The translations under genes and the position numbers were made by a program. From an uncultured Clostridiaceae bacterium (lineage in GTDB: Bacteria > Bacillota > Clostridia > Lachnospirales > Lachnospiraceae), in contig CAMWUK010000005.1 in the NCBI GenBank assembly GCA_947177415.1, positions 1,290 to 65,289 on the forward strand: 64,000 nucleotides of DNA, written 5' to 3'. Below, piece by piece: positions 36,471 through 44,458 of this stretch (position 1 is the first letter of the stretch; each line of letters begins with the position of its first letter). The notes under the pieces were generated by a model. The model was not told where the DNA came from. It saw only the letters and a program-made list of their open reading frames with translations, and ran no database searches.

Positions 36471-39400
36471 TTACATTTTCTTTATATGCTCCTCAATAAA
36501 ATCTACTTCTTCTTCTGACAAACCATACTTTTCATAAAGCTGTCTATCAATTTCATCAATTGACTTACTCCAATCAATATCCGATGTAGACTTAAAATTC
36601 TGCATAGGGATATTTCCCCATGTATCTCTGGGGTTATCTTGTGTAACTTTTAAAGTTCCTAGCATAGTCCTTGCAAATTTTGTTTTTATATATTTTAATA
36701 ATGCCTCTGCCTCATCACGATTAGAAAACTTTCCAATACTTAAAAAAGTCACTGTATGCCCCATAGCAGGTTCTCCTATAACCGGTGTTGAGAGAACTTC
36801 CCCTAATGCCCCTGTCCCATTTGATTTTGCTACAAACACTTTATAATAATCAAAATTATCAGGTACTTTCAAATATTTCTTCTTTATCCATCTTTCAATA
36901 CGTTTATTATTATTTCTGCCAAATACTTTTGCATATTCATCATCTGGTTTGTTTTCTAAAAACAATTCTGGAAATACATCAAATACATTTGAACCTACAT
37001 CATATTTGTGTCCTTGACTTTGTCTATCCTGTACCCATTTATTCTCACTATATAATTCATCTGTCAAATGATACAAATCTCTGGGATACACCATTTCTGA
37101 AAAAGAAACAAAATTATCTGTTATTACCTTATTCATTATTGAATATACTTCCGGATAAACTGTAAATGTTCCTATCTTTCCAAACTCCTGATTCGAATCC
37201 CACATTGACACAGTAATACCGCCTTTAACATCAACACTTGGAAATACTTCTCTACTATCCATCCAATAATCTACAACTTTAAAATGTTCATCATTTAGAA
37301 TTTTCTTATTCCAATCCTTTGGAGTCTTTCCTGCATTAAAAAGAAACCTTCCTGGATGAATAAAGGTACCTAAACCACATATTGAACGTGCTGCATCTAT
37401 AAACAAATGATATATAGGATTAGAACCTTTTCCATCTCCTTGGTTTGTTAATTGATATGGTGGATTTCCCACAACTGCATCAAATTTCATCTCGCCATCT
37501 CCAATCTTCCAATAACTTTCTTTTATGACTTTTTTCACAAAATTATCTGGCTTATTCTTAAGCATATTAATTAGATTTTCAAAATAATGAGCATTTACTT
37601 TATATTCCTTAAAACCTGCCAGTGTTCTTTTTGTAATCTGCTTTGCCATTGGTGTCTTACAAATAACAAAAACATTATTTTCTACTGTTTCCTTCCATAT
37701 CTCATCCTCAAGTGTAACAGTAATATCTAGCTCTGTATATTCCTTTCGTCTTGCTCTATATATGCTATAAGCAACATATAATGGATATAATCCTGTTTTG
37801 GAATTTATCTCTAAAATCCTTGCCTTTTTATTTACCAGCGTATCTCTTGTCACTCTCTCATGCTCTACAAAGACAGGCTCTCCATCTATTCTTTTGTTAT
37901 TTTCATCATAAAATGTGTATCCGCCTAAGCAATCTCTCATGTGCATATTAACTACACGCCATGGTGTCAATACTGTCTCCTTATCTGGATTCTTGAAACA
38001 AGAAAACAAATCTGCAATTTTCTGAACCCTCTCTGTTGGTGGCAAACGGTCTGCTGAAACTACCGTGTTCCGAATTTTCCGTCCGGCTTCTACAAAGATT
38101 TCTGGGTCATAATATTTCATAAACTCCCGAAACATTTCCTTGGTAACACCATTGGGCATAAATTCATCCCATGATGCTGTGTCCACAATTTCATCATCAA
38201 GAAACATGTCTAATGTAAAATCCTCATTGATATCTATATTTGCTCCATAAATTAAAAGCGGCATACGAATAGACACTGCTCTTAATATGGAAATAGCTAT
38301 GTTTCTTTGCTCTTTTTTCTTCTTAACTTTCTCATAAAAGGCTTGCTCTTCTGGTGTGCGTTGCTTTTTTGGTTTTCCCTCTATTTTTTGAATTTCTTCA
38401 TATTCTTCTTCTGTAAATCCTTGTGCATTAATGTCTATGTCCTTTGACTTTGGTGCGGCTTTCGAAGTTCCAACCTGTTTTTTTAAGTTCTCAAATTTCT
38501 TCCAATCAACATCATCCAACTTCAACAACTCATCATTGTATAAGTTGACATCATCAAATCCATTTTTCACTGCCTTTTCTGCATACGCACGCTTTAACTG
38601 TTGCAATAACTTATTTGTGTTATATGATTTCATTCTTGTTCCATCTATAGAAATCACAGGACAATAATTCAAAAATTCTCCCATAATCCTTTTTCCTGCT
38701 TCTTGGGTTTTTCCTGCTTTTGTGGAAAGTGTAGCATATTCTGCCACCATTTTTAATGTTCTGTCAGGAGCAAAATCAAAAACATAACAATGCGTTTTTA
38801 TTTTTCCATCTTTGTTACATGGCGATTGCACTCGGAAAATCGTCTGTAAATAATTTGCGGCAGATGTAGAATACGAACCAGCTAACATCAGCACTGCTGT
38901 CCATTCACGGACAGTCACCCCTGTAGTTAGTTTTCCACAGGACAATGTTATCGTGTAGCCATCTTCTCCAGCATCTGCAATTGCTTTCTTTACCTTACTG
39001 AGTGCTTCATCAGACTTTTCTTCCTCATCACCTTCTCCTGCCACATTGACAATTTCGAACATGCCACTTCCAAATACAGGATGATTCCTCATCATCTTAC
39101 TAAGTGCCTTTGCCTCTTTTACTCCTGGCACCATCCATAAAGAATGTTTAAACAATTCACGATACTCTTCCCTAGCATAAGGATAACAGCTTTCTTCATC
39201 TTCCTTTGTAATCAGATTCAAAAAACTCATCACATCATTTTTATGTACAAAATCTCCAATTTGCACATTTCCCGATATCTGCTTATGGTCACTCTTTATA
39301 TCTCCTGTCCATGTCCGAAAAAACTCCCGGAAATTAAATGCCCTATCTTCCAATTCAACATATTGGTCACTTTTAATCAATTTGCCCAAATCATATGTAT

Positions 39401-40505
39401 ATATTTTCATTTCTGGCAGTTCTTCATACGGATTAGAATCTCCAAAATGTGTTTTATTCCATTCTTTTTTTGCTGTTTGCTCCATTACATAATCCCATGT
39501 ATAAATATTATCTTCATACTGTTCCAAACGGTTAAATGGTGTTCCTGATAATTCTAACACTTTTGTCACATGGCTACTATCCCGTTTTTCCAATGCCGCA
39601 CGAACATTTTCACCCAATTCTGTGTTTGTTCCCTCGTGAGCTTCATCAATTATGATAAAATCCCAGTCTAAATTAAACACTTCATTATTTTTATCAAATT
39701 TACCACCCACTGCACTGGAACCACGCAAATCTTGCATTGAAGCAAAATAAATAAATTTCTTTCCTGACCTTTCTAACTCTATCACCGAATTTCCCTTGCT
39801 CCTTGAGCCATAAAGATATCCATCTTCTTTTCTAAATATCTTGTCAAAATCTTCATACCAGCCATCGTCAACAACCGGGCGATGTGTAATAATTATAGTT
39901 TTATGGAAATCCGCTTCTTTTACCACCTGCAAAGCAGATAAGGTTTTTCCAAAACGCATTTTAGCATTCCATAACATGGTATTTGTTGTTTTAAATTGCA
40001 TTAGCGTTTTTTTGATAGCCTCTTTTTGTTCCGGGCGAAATTGAATTTGTAATGTTACAACTTCTGATGTTCCTGCAAGATTATTATGACAATCCTTTAC
40101 TGCCTGAATTGCTCTTTTTACAGTGTTCAAATCAACTTTAAACCATTCTTGTCCAGTTGAATCTTGAAATCTGTGTTTTTTATATCCAGAATTTTCCAAC
40201 ACACGATGTACCTCATGATCTGAAAACGCCTGTAAAATCAATACACCATCTTCTTTTTTTACTGTTTTAATTGCTAATTCCGTATAAATTGGATTTGATG
40301 ACAATCCCAGAGTATTTGTATACTCCTTTATTCTTTCTTTTGCAGCCTGATTTAATTCATGACAACAGGCAGGTAACTGTTCAGGTGTCCTGTCTGTATT
40401 TATAGATGCTTTCCCCACCTTCAACATCCCTTTATGGTGTTCATCCTTCACTTCATACACATAAACAATATTATATTCAAATGAATTTAGAAATGCTTTG
40501 TCCAT
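36471..40505 (-). CDS. Fusion protein: T5orf172/GIY-YIG-like domain, SF2 (ResIII/DEAH) helicase, gamma-class N6-adenine DNA methyltransferase with C-terminal TRD
   Basis: 1344 aa. N-terminus: IVYVYEV..GMLKVGKAS..HRVLEN..QEWFKVDLNTVKRAI. Helicase: RFGKTL (motif I), IIIDEAHEG (II), LSGTP (III), GKLTTGVTV (V), QTIFRVQSP (VI). MTase: VLTPWRVVNMHM (X), ILEINSKTGLYPLY (degenerate I), VVGNPPYQ (IV). Confidence 0.85.
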   Translation of the reverse strand: MDKAFLNSFEYNIVYVYEVKDEHHKGMLKVGKASINTDRTPEQLPACCHELNQAAKERIKEYTNTLGLSSNPIYTELAIKTVKKEDGVLILQAFSDHEVHRVLENSGYKKHRFQDSTGQEWFKVDLNTVKRAIQAVKDCHNNLAGTSEVVTLQIQFRPEQKEAIKKTLMQFKTTNTMLWNAKMRFGKTLSALQVVKEADFHKTIIITHRPVVDDGWYEDFDKIFRKEDGYLYGSRSKGNSVIELERSGKKFIYFASMQDLRGSSAVGGKFDKNNEVFNLDWDFIIIDEAHEGTNTELGENVRAALEKRDSSHVTKVLELSGTPFNRLEQYEDNIYTWDYVMEQTAKKEWNKTHFGDSNPYEELPEMKIYTYDLGKLIKSDQYVELEDRAFNFREFFRTWTGDIKSDHKQISGNVQIGDFVHKNDVMSFLNLITKEDEESCYPYAREEYRELFKHSLWMVPGVKEAKALSKMMRNHPVFGSGMFEIVNVAGEGDEEEKSDEALSKVKKAIADAGEDGYTITLSCGKLTTGVTVREWTAVLMLAGSYSTSAANYLQTIFRVQSPCNKDGKIKTHCYVFDFAPDRTLKMVAEYATLSTKAGKTQEAGKRIMGEFLNYCPVISIDGTRMKSYNTNKLLQQLKRAYAEKAVKNGFDDVNLYNDELLKLDDVDWKKFENLKKQVGTSKAAPKSKDIDINAQGFTEEEYEEIQKIEGKPKKQRTPEEQAFYEKVKKKKEQRNIAISILRAVSIRMPLLIYGANIDINEDFTLDMFLDDEIVDTASWDEFMPNGVTKEMFREFMKYYDPEIFVEAGRKIRNTVVSADRLPPTERVQKIADLFSCFKNPDKETVLTPWRVVNMHMRDCLGGYTFYDENNKRIDGEPVFVEHERVTRDTLVNKKARILEINSKTGLYPLYVAYSIYRARRKEYTELDITVTLEDEIWKETVENNVFVICKTPMAKQITKRTLAGFKEYKVNAHYFENLINMLKNKPDNFVKKVIKESYWKIGDGEMKFDAVVGNPPYQLTNQGDGKGSNPIYHLFIDAARSICGLGTFIHPGRFLFNAGKTPKDWNKKILNDEHFKVVDYWMDSREVFPSVDVKGGITVSMWDSNQEFGKIGTFTVYPEVYSIMNKVITDNFVSFSEMVYPRDLYHLTDELYSENKWVQDRQSQGHKYDVGSNVFDVFPELFLENKPDDEYAKVFGRNNNKRIERWIKKKYLKVPDNFDYYKVFVAKSNGTGALGEVLSTPVIGEPAMGHTVTFLSIGKFSNRDEAEALLKYIKTKFARTMLGTLKVTQDNPRDTWGNIPMQNFKSTSDIDWSKSIDEIDRQLYEKYGLSEEEVDFIEEHIKKM

Positions 40506-40506
40506 A

Positions 40507-41478
40507 TTATTCCGCTCCTCTCACAAGCGAATGATATGATAATGATTCATTCGCCCTCCAATCTTTAATCATACAATAAGGGGCTATTATCTCTAGTTCC
40601 TCTTCAAATGTCCCATATTCTTCTTCCACTTCTATAAAGTCAAATATATTCATTTGATGCCTTTGTTTTTTTACTGCACCAAATGGAATTGTCATTGTAA
40701 GCCCATCCATTTGCCACAAATTCCATGCAATAATATTAGCAACTTCCTTTAATTGCTTTAATTCAGGCTCACAATCAAATTTGTATTTCATATTATCAAT
40801 AAAAGTATATAAAATATTTTCTCTTGCTAACAAAAGATTATCACCTTGATACTCATATCCATACACACTCTGCACTGCCCGTACTGCCCATTTCAACCAT
40901 TCATCTTTATTATCTGTATTTTCATTTATAACTCTAAATTTTCTATCTAGCAAACCAATACGTCTATGTACTGGCAACATCTTTCCTGTGACTACGTCAT
41001 ATCTGCTTACAAGATAGGGTGCTTCCCCACAGGATATTTCCATTCTCCTTGCATCAACATAGTCTTTCCATGTCTTCCCCTTTTTTTCTGAAAAAACAAT
41101 CTTTTTTACGCTATTATGCCAATTTTTCTCGGTTTCAATATTAAATACATTTTTTCTTCCAAACCAACGTTCATCTATCAAGTTATTTTGCTCATTACAA
41201 ATCCATGATGGTGTAAATACTTCTGCTTTATCTTTAGTTCGGTTACTTTGACTTGTTTTTGCCTTTGCCACACGGGGTTGTATCACTTTGCTATGTATTC
41301 CTGTAATATTTGAAAGAGTAATCTCATCCTGTTCATCAAATCCATCTCCCAACTCCTTATAATCCTTTGTTGCCCAAATAATATTATGCCTTGTTGTTTT
41401 ATCTTTCAACAAACGACTTAAAACTTCTCTTCCAAATTGCAGGATGACATCCTCGCTAATATCTATACTTTCACTCAT
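40507..41478 (-). CDS. Methyltransferase-fold-like protein lacking the catalytic (D/N)PP(Y/F/W) motif
   Basis: 323 aa. AEVFTPSWICNEQNN (motif X-like), EISCGEAPYLVSRYD (motif I-like), VYGYEYQGDNLLLARENIL. No PP dipeptide anywhere. Its stop is 1 nt from the ATG of the 1344-aa gene. Confidence 0.7.
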   Translation of the reverse strand: MSESIDISEDVILQFGREVLSRLLKDKTTRHNIIWATKDYKELGDGFDEQDEITLSNITGIHSKVIQPRVAKAKTSQSNRTKDKAEVFTPSWICNEQNNLIDERWFGRKNVFNIETEKNWHNSVKKIVFSEKKGKTWKDYVDARRMEISCGEAPYLVSRYDVVTGKMLPVHRRIGLLDRKFRVINENTDNKDEWLKWAVRAVQSVYGYEYQGDNLLLARENILYTFIDNMKYKFDCEPELKQLKEVANIIAWNLWQMDGLTMTIPFGAVKKQRHQMNIFDFIEVEEEYGTFEEELEIIAPYCMIKDWRANESLSYHSLVRGAE

Positions 41479-41710
41479 TGAAATTTCACCGCCTACCTAT
41501 ATAAACGAAACTCTAACATAAATTTTAACATAAAAAGTCAGTTGAATAAAGCCAAATCTACTTTTGTATATTGGGGCAACCTCCTTCCTCCTCCTAATTC
41601 CATCCACTCTTTGTACCCATTCTAACAGCATTTCTTTTTTCAATTGTTCCATTAAACCTTTTTTATCAATCTGCAATATACAATCCCAATTATTAAAATT
41701 GAAAAAATCG

Positions 41711-41718
41711 TGTATAAT
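41711..41718 (+). promoter_or_regulatory. Extended -10 promoter element for the WYL regulator gene
   Basis: TGTATAAT lies ~95 nt upstream of ATG 41814, in the divergent intergenic region. Confidence 0.4.
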
Positions 41719-41813
41719 AGTTTTATGGAAAATGATACCATTACACAACACTTTCATTTATGGTGTTACCGCAACACAACATGATCATTTACTATAAGAG
41801 GAGGAGACAACAA

Positions 41814-42734
41814 ATGAAAACCGAACGTCTTTATGCTATAACAATATACCTTCTTAATCATGGAAGAACGTCTGCCAGTGAATTGGCGAGGTATTTTGAA
41901 GTATCTGTACGGACAATACAACGGGATATAGATTCTCTTTGCCTTTCAGGCATTCCTATCATTGCAGTTAATGGAGCAACAGGAGGATATGAAATATCTA
42001 ACGGATTTAAATTGGATAAAGAATTTGCTACCTCAGACGACTATTCTTATATTTTGACAGCACTACAAGGACTGATATCCGCTACCAACCATCCAACAGC
42101 AAAACATATATTGGAAAAAATACTTCATGTGTCAAACCCAAATGATAATGGTATTATTTTGGATTTTTCTGTTTTGCGTGAAGGAGATCAAACTACCCTG
42201 CAGATGCTGCAAACTGCTGTACTCGAAAAACATACTGTTAATTTTATATATACAAACAATAATAATGAAACCCGCACACACAGCGTAGAACCCATTGCTG
42301 TCCTTTACAGATGGTATGCATGGTATCTTCTTGCCTATTCTAAAATAAAAAATGATTACCGTACCTACAAACTTGTACGAATGAGAAATTTAGAAATTAC
42401 TGACATACCTTTTATAAAGGAACATGAGCCTGCAGATCTTATTTTGAAAATGACAGATAAAACAGACTGCCGTCAATATACAGATGTACTTGTTAAATGC
42501 AAAGAATCGGCAAAGGCACGGGTTATAGAATATTTAAACGGAACTATTATTGAGGAATCTGCAAATGGTTATTCTTTAATAAAACTGATAGTGGTTGAAA
42601 ATGAGCAATCTTGGATTGGAACGCTATTATCTTTAGGAGACAATGTAGAGATAGTTTCACCAGAAAGAATTCGTAATCGTGTAATAGAAGCTGCCACAAA
42701 AATTCTTTCTTTATATAACTGTTCAGAACTATGA
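41814..42734 (+). CDS. HTH-WYL domain transcriptional regulator (YafY/BrxR/CapW-like architecture)
   Basis: N-terminal HTH RLYAITIYLLNHGRTSASELARYFEVSVRTIQRDIDSL. WYL region VEPIAVLYRWYAWYLLAYS..YRTYKLVRM. GAGGAGG RBS before ATG 41814. Confidence 0.85.
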   Translation: MKTERLYAITIYLLNHGRTSASELARYFEVSVRTIQRDIDSLCLSGIPIIAVNGATGGYEISNGFKLDKEFATSDDYSYILTALQGLISATNHPTAKHILEKILHVSNPNDNGIILDFSVLREGDQTTLQMLQTAVLEKHTVNFIYTNNNNETRTHSVEPIAVLYRWYAWYLLAYSKIKNDYRTYKLVRMRNLEITDIPFIKEHEPADLILKMTDKTDCRQYTDVLVKCKESAKARVIEYLNGTIIEESANGYSLIKLIVVENEQSWIGTLLSLGDNVEIVSPERIRNRVIEAATKILSLYNCSEL

Positions 42735-42788
42735 CACTCTGTTGTCATATATGCTGTGTTATACTAGTAAAAAAAAGGAGGTGGCTAT

Positions 42789-43352
42789 ATGATTAGTCCA
42801 TACGAAAAATGTCCCATATATGAAAATGAAAACTATCTTTTAAGGTTTATTGAAGCTTCTGATGTGTCTGATTTGCTTTCTGTGTATTCTGACGAAAAGG
42901 CTGTACCCTTCTTCAACAGCGATAATTGTAATGGCAATTTCCACTGTACATTATTAGAACATGTACAGGGAATGATAGAAGCATGGCAATGGGAATATAA
43001 ACAAAAGGGATTTGTACGTTGGTCAATTATTGACAAAAAAATTCAGCATGCAATAGGAACCATTGAACTATTTAATCGTCATGCAGATGATTATTTTAAT
43101 GATTGTGGCATATTACGATTGGATTTAAGGAGTGATTATGAGCAAACCAAACATATCTTTGAAATATTGTCTCTTATCATCCCATCAACATTTGAACTAT
43201 TCAACTGTCAGATGATTGCAACAAAGGTTCCGAATTTTGCTTCTAATCGTAAATTGGCAGTAGAACAATTAGGTTTTACCGCTTCTATGGAAAAGTTGAT
43301 AGGTGGGCATGATGGGAAGATTTACACAGATTATTATGTCTTGAAAAAATAA
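42789..43352 (+). CDS. GNAT family N-acetyltransferase
   Basis: 187 aa. YLLRFIEASDVSDLLSVYSD...FVRWSIIDKK..AIGTIELFN resembles the RimJ/RimL-type GNAT fold. Confidence 0.7.
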   Translation: MISPYEKCPIYENENYLLRFIEASDVSDLLSVYSDEKAVPFFNSDNCNGNFHCTLLEHVQGMIEAWQWEYKQKGFVRWSIIDKKIQHAIGTIELFNRHADDYFNDCGILRLDLRSDYEQTKHIFEILSLIIPSTFELFNCQMIATKVPNFASNRKLAVEQLGFTASMEKLIGGHDGKIYTDYYVLKK

Positions 43353-43356
43353 TATA

Positions 43357-43408
43357 CCGAGATTATTGACGCCCTTAAGCATGAACTAAGTCTTATGTAA
43401 GACGAAAC
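43357..43408 (+). repeat. Short repeat (family E)
   Basis: About 39/45 identical to the reverse complement of 50567-50612. Confidence 0.55.
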
Positions 43409-43435
43409 TTGTATAACTGACAATAAATTTTAGTA

Positions 43436-43463
43436 GTAACTGTTCATAGTTCAGAACAGTTAC
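43436..43463. repeat. Bare TIR-TIR hairpin of the GTAAC family
   Basis: GTAACTGTTCATAGTTCAGAACAGTTAC, with a 10-bp stem. Confidence 0.7.
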
Positions 43464-43663
43464 TATTTTTTTACTTTATAGGAAAGTTCGTCCTATAAAG
43501 TAAAAACGCTCCGCTTAGGATGTGCACAGATGCGTAAGGAATATTGTTGCAAAAAAACATGCAACACGCATCTGGCACGCAAAGTGTGCAACCCCCTCAT
43601 GAATGAGCGGTTTAGGGGAGTTGATGTGGGCTTGCCCACTTTGTTCTTTTAAAGTACTTTTCT

Positions 43664-43701
43664 TTGTAACCATTGACACTACAACAAGTACAAAGTAAAA
43701 T
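43664..43701 (+). promoter_or_regulatory. Promoter with conserved motif upstream of the Rrf2 gene
   Basis: TTGTAACCATTGACACTACAACAAGTA contains TTGACA (43673-43678). 17-nt spacer, then TAAAAT (43696-43701). The motif recurs at 44358. Confidence 0.6.
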
Positions 43702-43758
43702 AAAAAGTACCTATTTATGATTAAAAACGGTTACACAAACAGAAAGGTGAAAGATTAT

Positions 43759-44199
43759 ATGCAAATTTCAAGTCGTTTTACATTGGCAATCCATATTTTT
43801 GCCTGCATAGATACTTTTGGAAATGAGTATAAAGTAACAAGTGATTTTCTTTCTAGAAGTACTAATGTAAATCCTGTTATTATAAGAAAAATCTTAGGTC
43901 AGTTAAAGGGAGCAGGTTTAATTGAGGTGGCACGGGGAACAGGTGGCACTACTGTTGCTAAACCATTAAAGGAGATTACTTTTTTAGATGTATACCATGC
44001 TGTGGAATGTATTGAAAATGGAAATTTATTTCATTTTCACGATAATCCAAATACTAACTGTCCTGTAGGTAGAAATATTCATCACGTTTTAGATGACAAG
44101 CTTCTTCGTGTACAATCATCTATGGAAAAAGAACTTGCCTCTATTACATTGGAAGATTTGAAGCAGGATATGGAAAAATATTTACATGATGAAATTTAA
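43759..44199 (+). CDS. Rrf2 family transcriptional regulator (YwnA-like)
   Basis: MQISSRFTLAIHIF...TSDFLSRSTNVNPVIIRKILGQLKGAGLIEVARGTGG. ATG 43759 with an AAGGTGA RBS. Confidence 0.85.
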   Translation: MQISSRFTLAIHIFACIDTFGNEYKVTSDFLSRSTNVNPVIIRKILGQLKGAGLIEVARGTGGTTVAKPLKEITFLDVYHAVECIENGNLFHFHDNPNTNCPVGRNIHHVLDDKLLRVQSSMEKELASITLEDLKQDMEKYLHDEI

Positions 44200-44305
44200 G
44201 AAAAATGAAAGTTGATTGCTACGCACTCCCACAATCACTAACTGTATGAGTATTCCGGACTGTCGCTCTACATACTCATACAGTTTGGCTGGACTTTCAG
44301 GGTAA

Positions 44306-44348
44306 ATCAAGGTATTAAGGATATTAATCTATAGTACCTTGATTTTTT
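44306..44348 (+). terminator. Putative rho-independent terminator after the Rrf2 gene
   Basis: ATCAAGGTA (44306-44314) pairs with TACCTTGAT (44335-44343), then TTTTT. The loop is long (~20 nt). Confidence 0.5.
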
Positions 44349-44357
44349 AATTTTCAG

Positions 44358-44395
44358 TTGTAACTATTGACATTACATCAAAGTAGTGATATAGT
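44358..44395 (+). promoter_or_regulatory. Promoter with the same conserved motif upstream of the oxidoreductase gene
   Basis: TTGTAACTATTGACATTACATCAAAGTA contains TTGACA (44367-44372). 17-nt spacer, then TATAGT (44390-44395). Confidence 0.6.
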
Positions 44396-44458
44396 AACAG
44401 TACGAGATGTAACAACAAATATTACAACAAAAAAATAAATTTTCAGGAGGTAATTATT

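Noticed and set aside
35017-41478. Assigning the operon to BREX, DISARM, classical Type I or Type III restriction-modification.
   Set aside because: The window has no PglZ, BrxC/BrxL, DrmA/DrmB(DUF1998)/PLD, HsdS/HsdR or separate Mod/Res genes. The closest logic is Type ISP/IIG-like, but the head domain is different and there are two extra genes.
41497-41757. 86-codon ORF filling the divergent intergenic region between the MTase-like gene and the WYL gene.
   Set aside because: There is no RBS at its ATG. It overlaps the likely promoters of both flanking genes, and its C-terminal half is low-complexity. A 51-codon internal version (MEQLKKEM..) cannot be excluded but is unsupported.
34476-43352. 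Prophage, ICE or integron origin for the AT-rich island.
   Set aside because: No integrase, recombinase, relaxase, capsid, terminase or attC-like features are present in or near the island. Only the Rpn-like remnant and MITEs are there.
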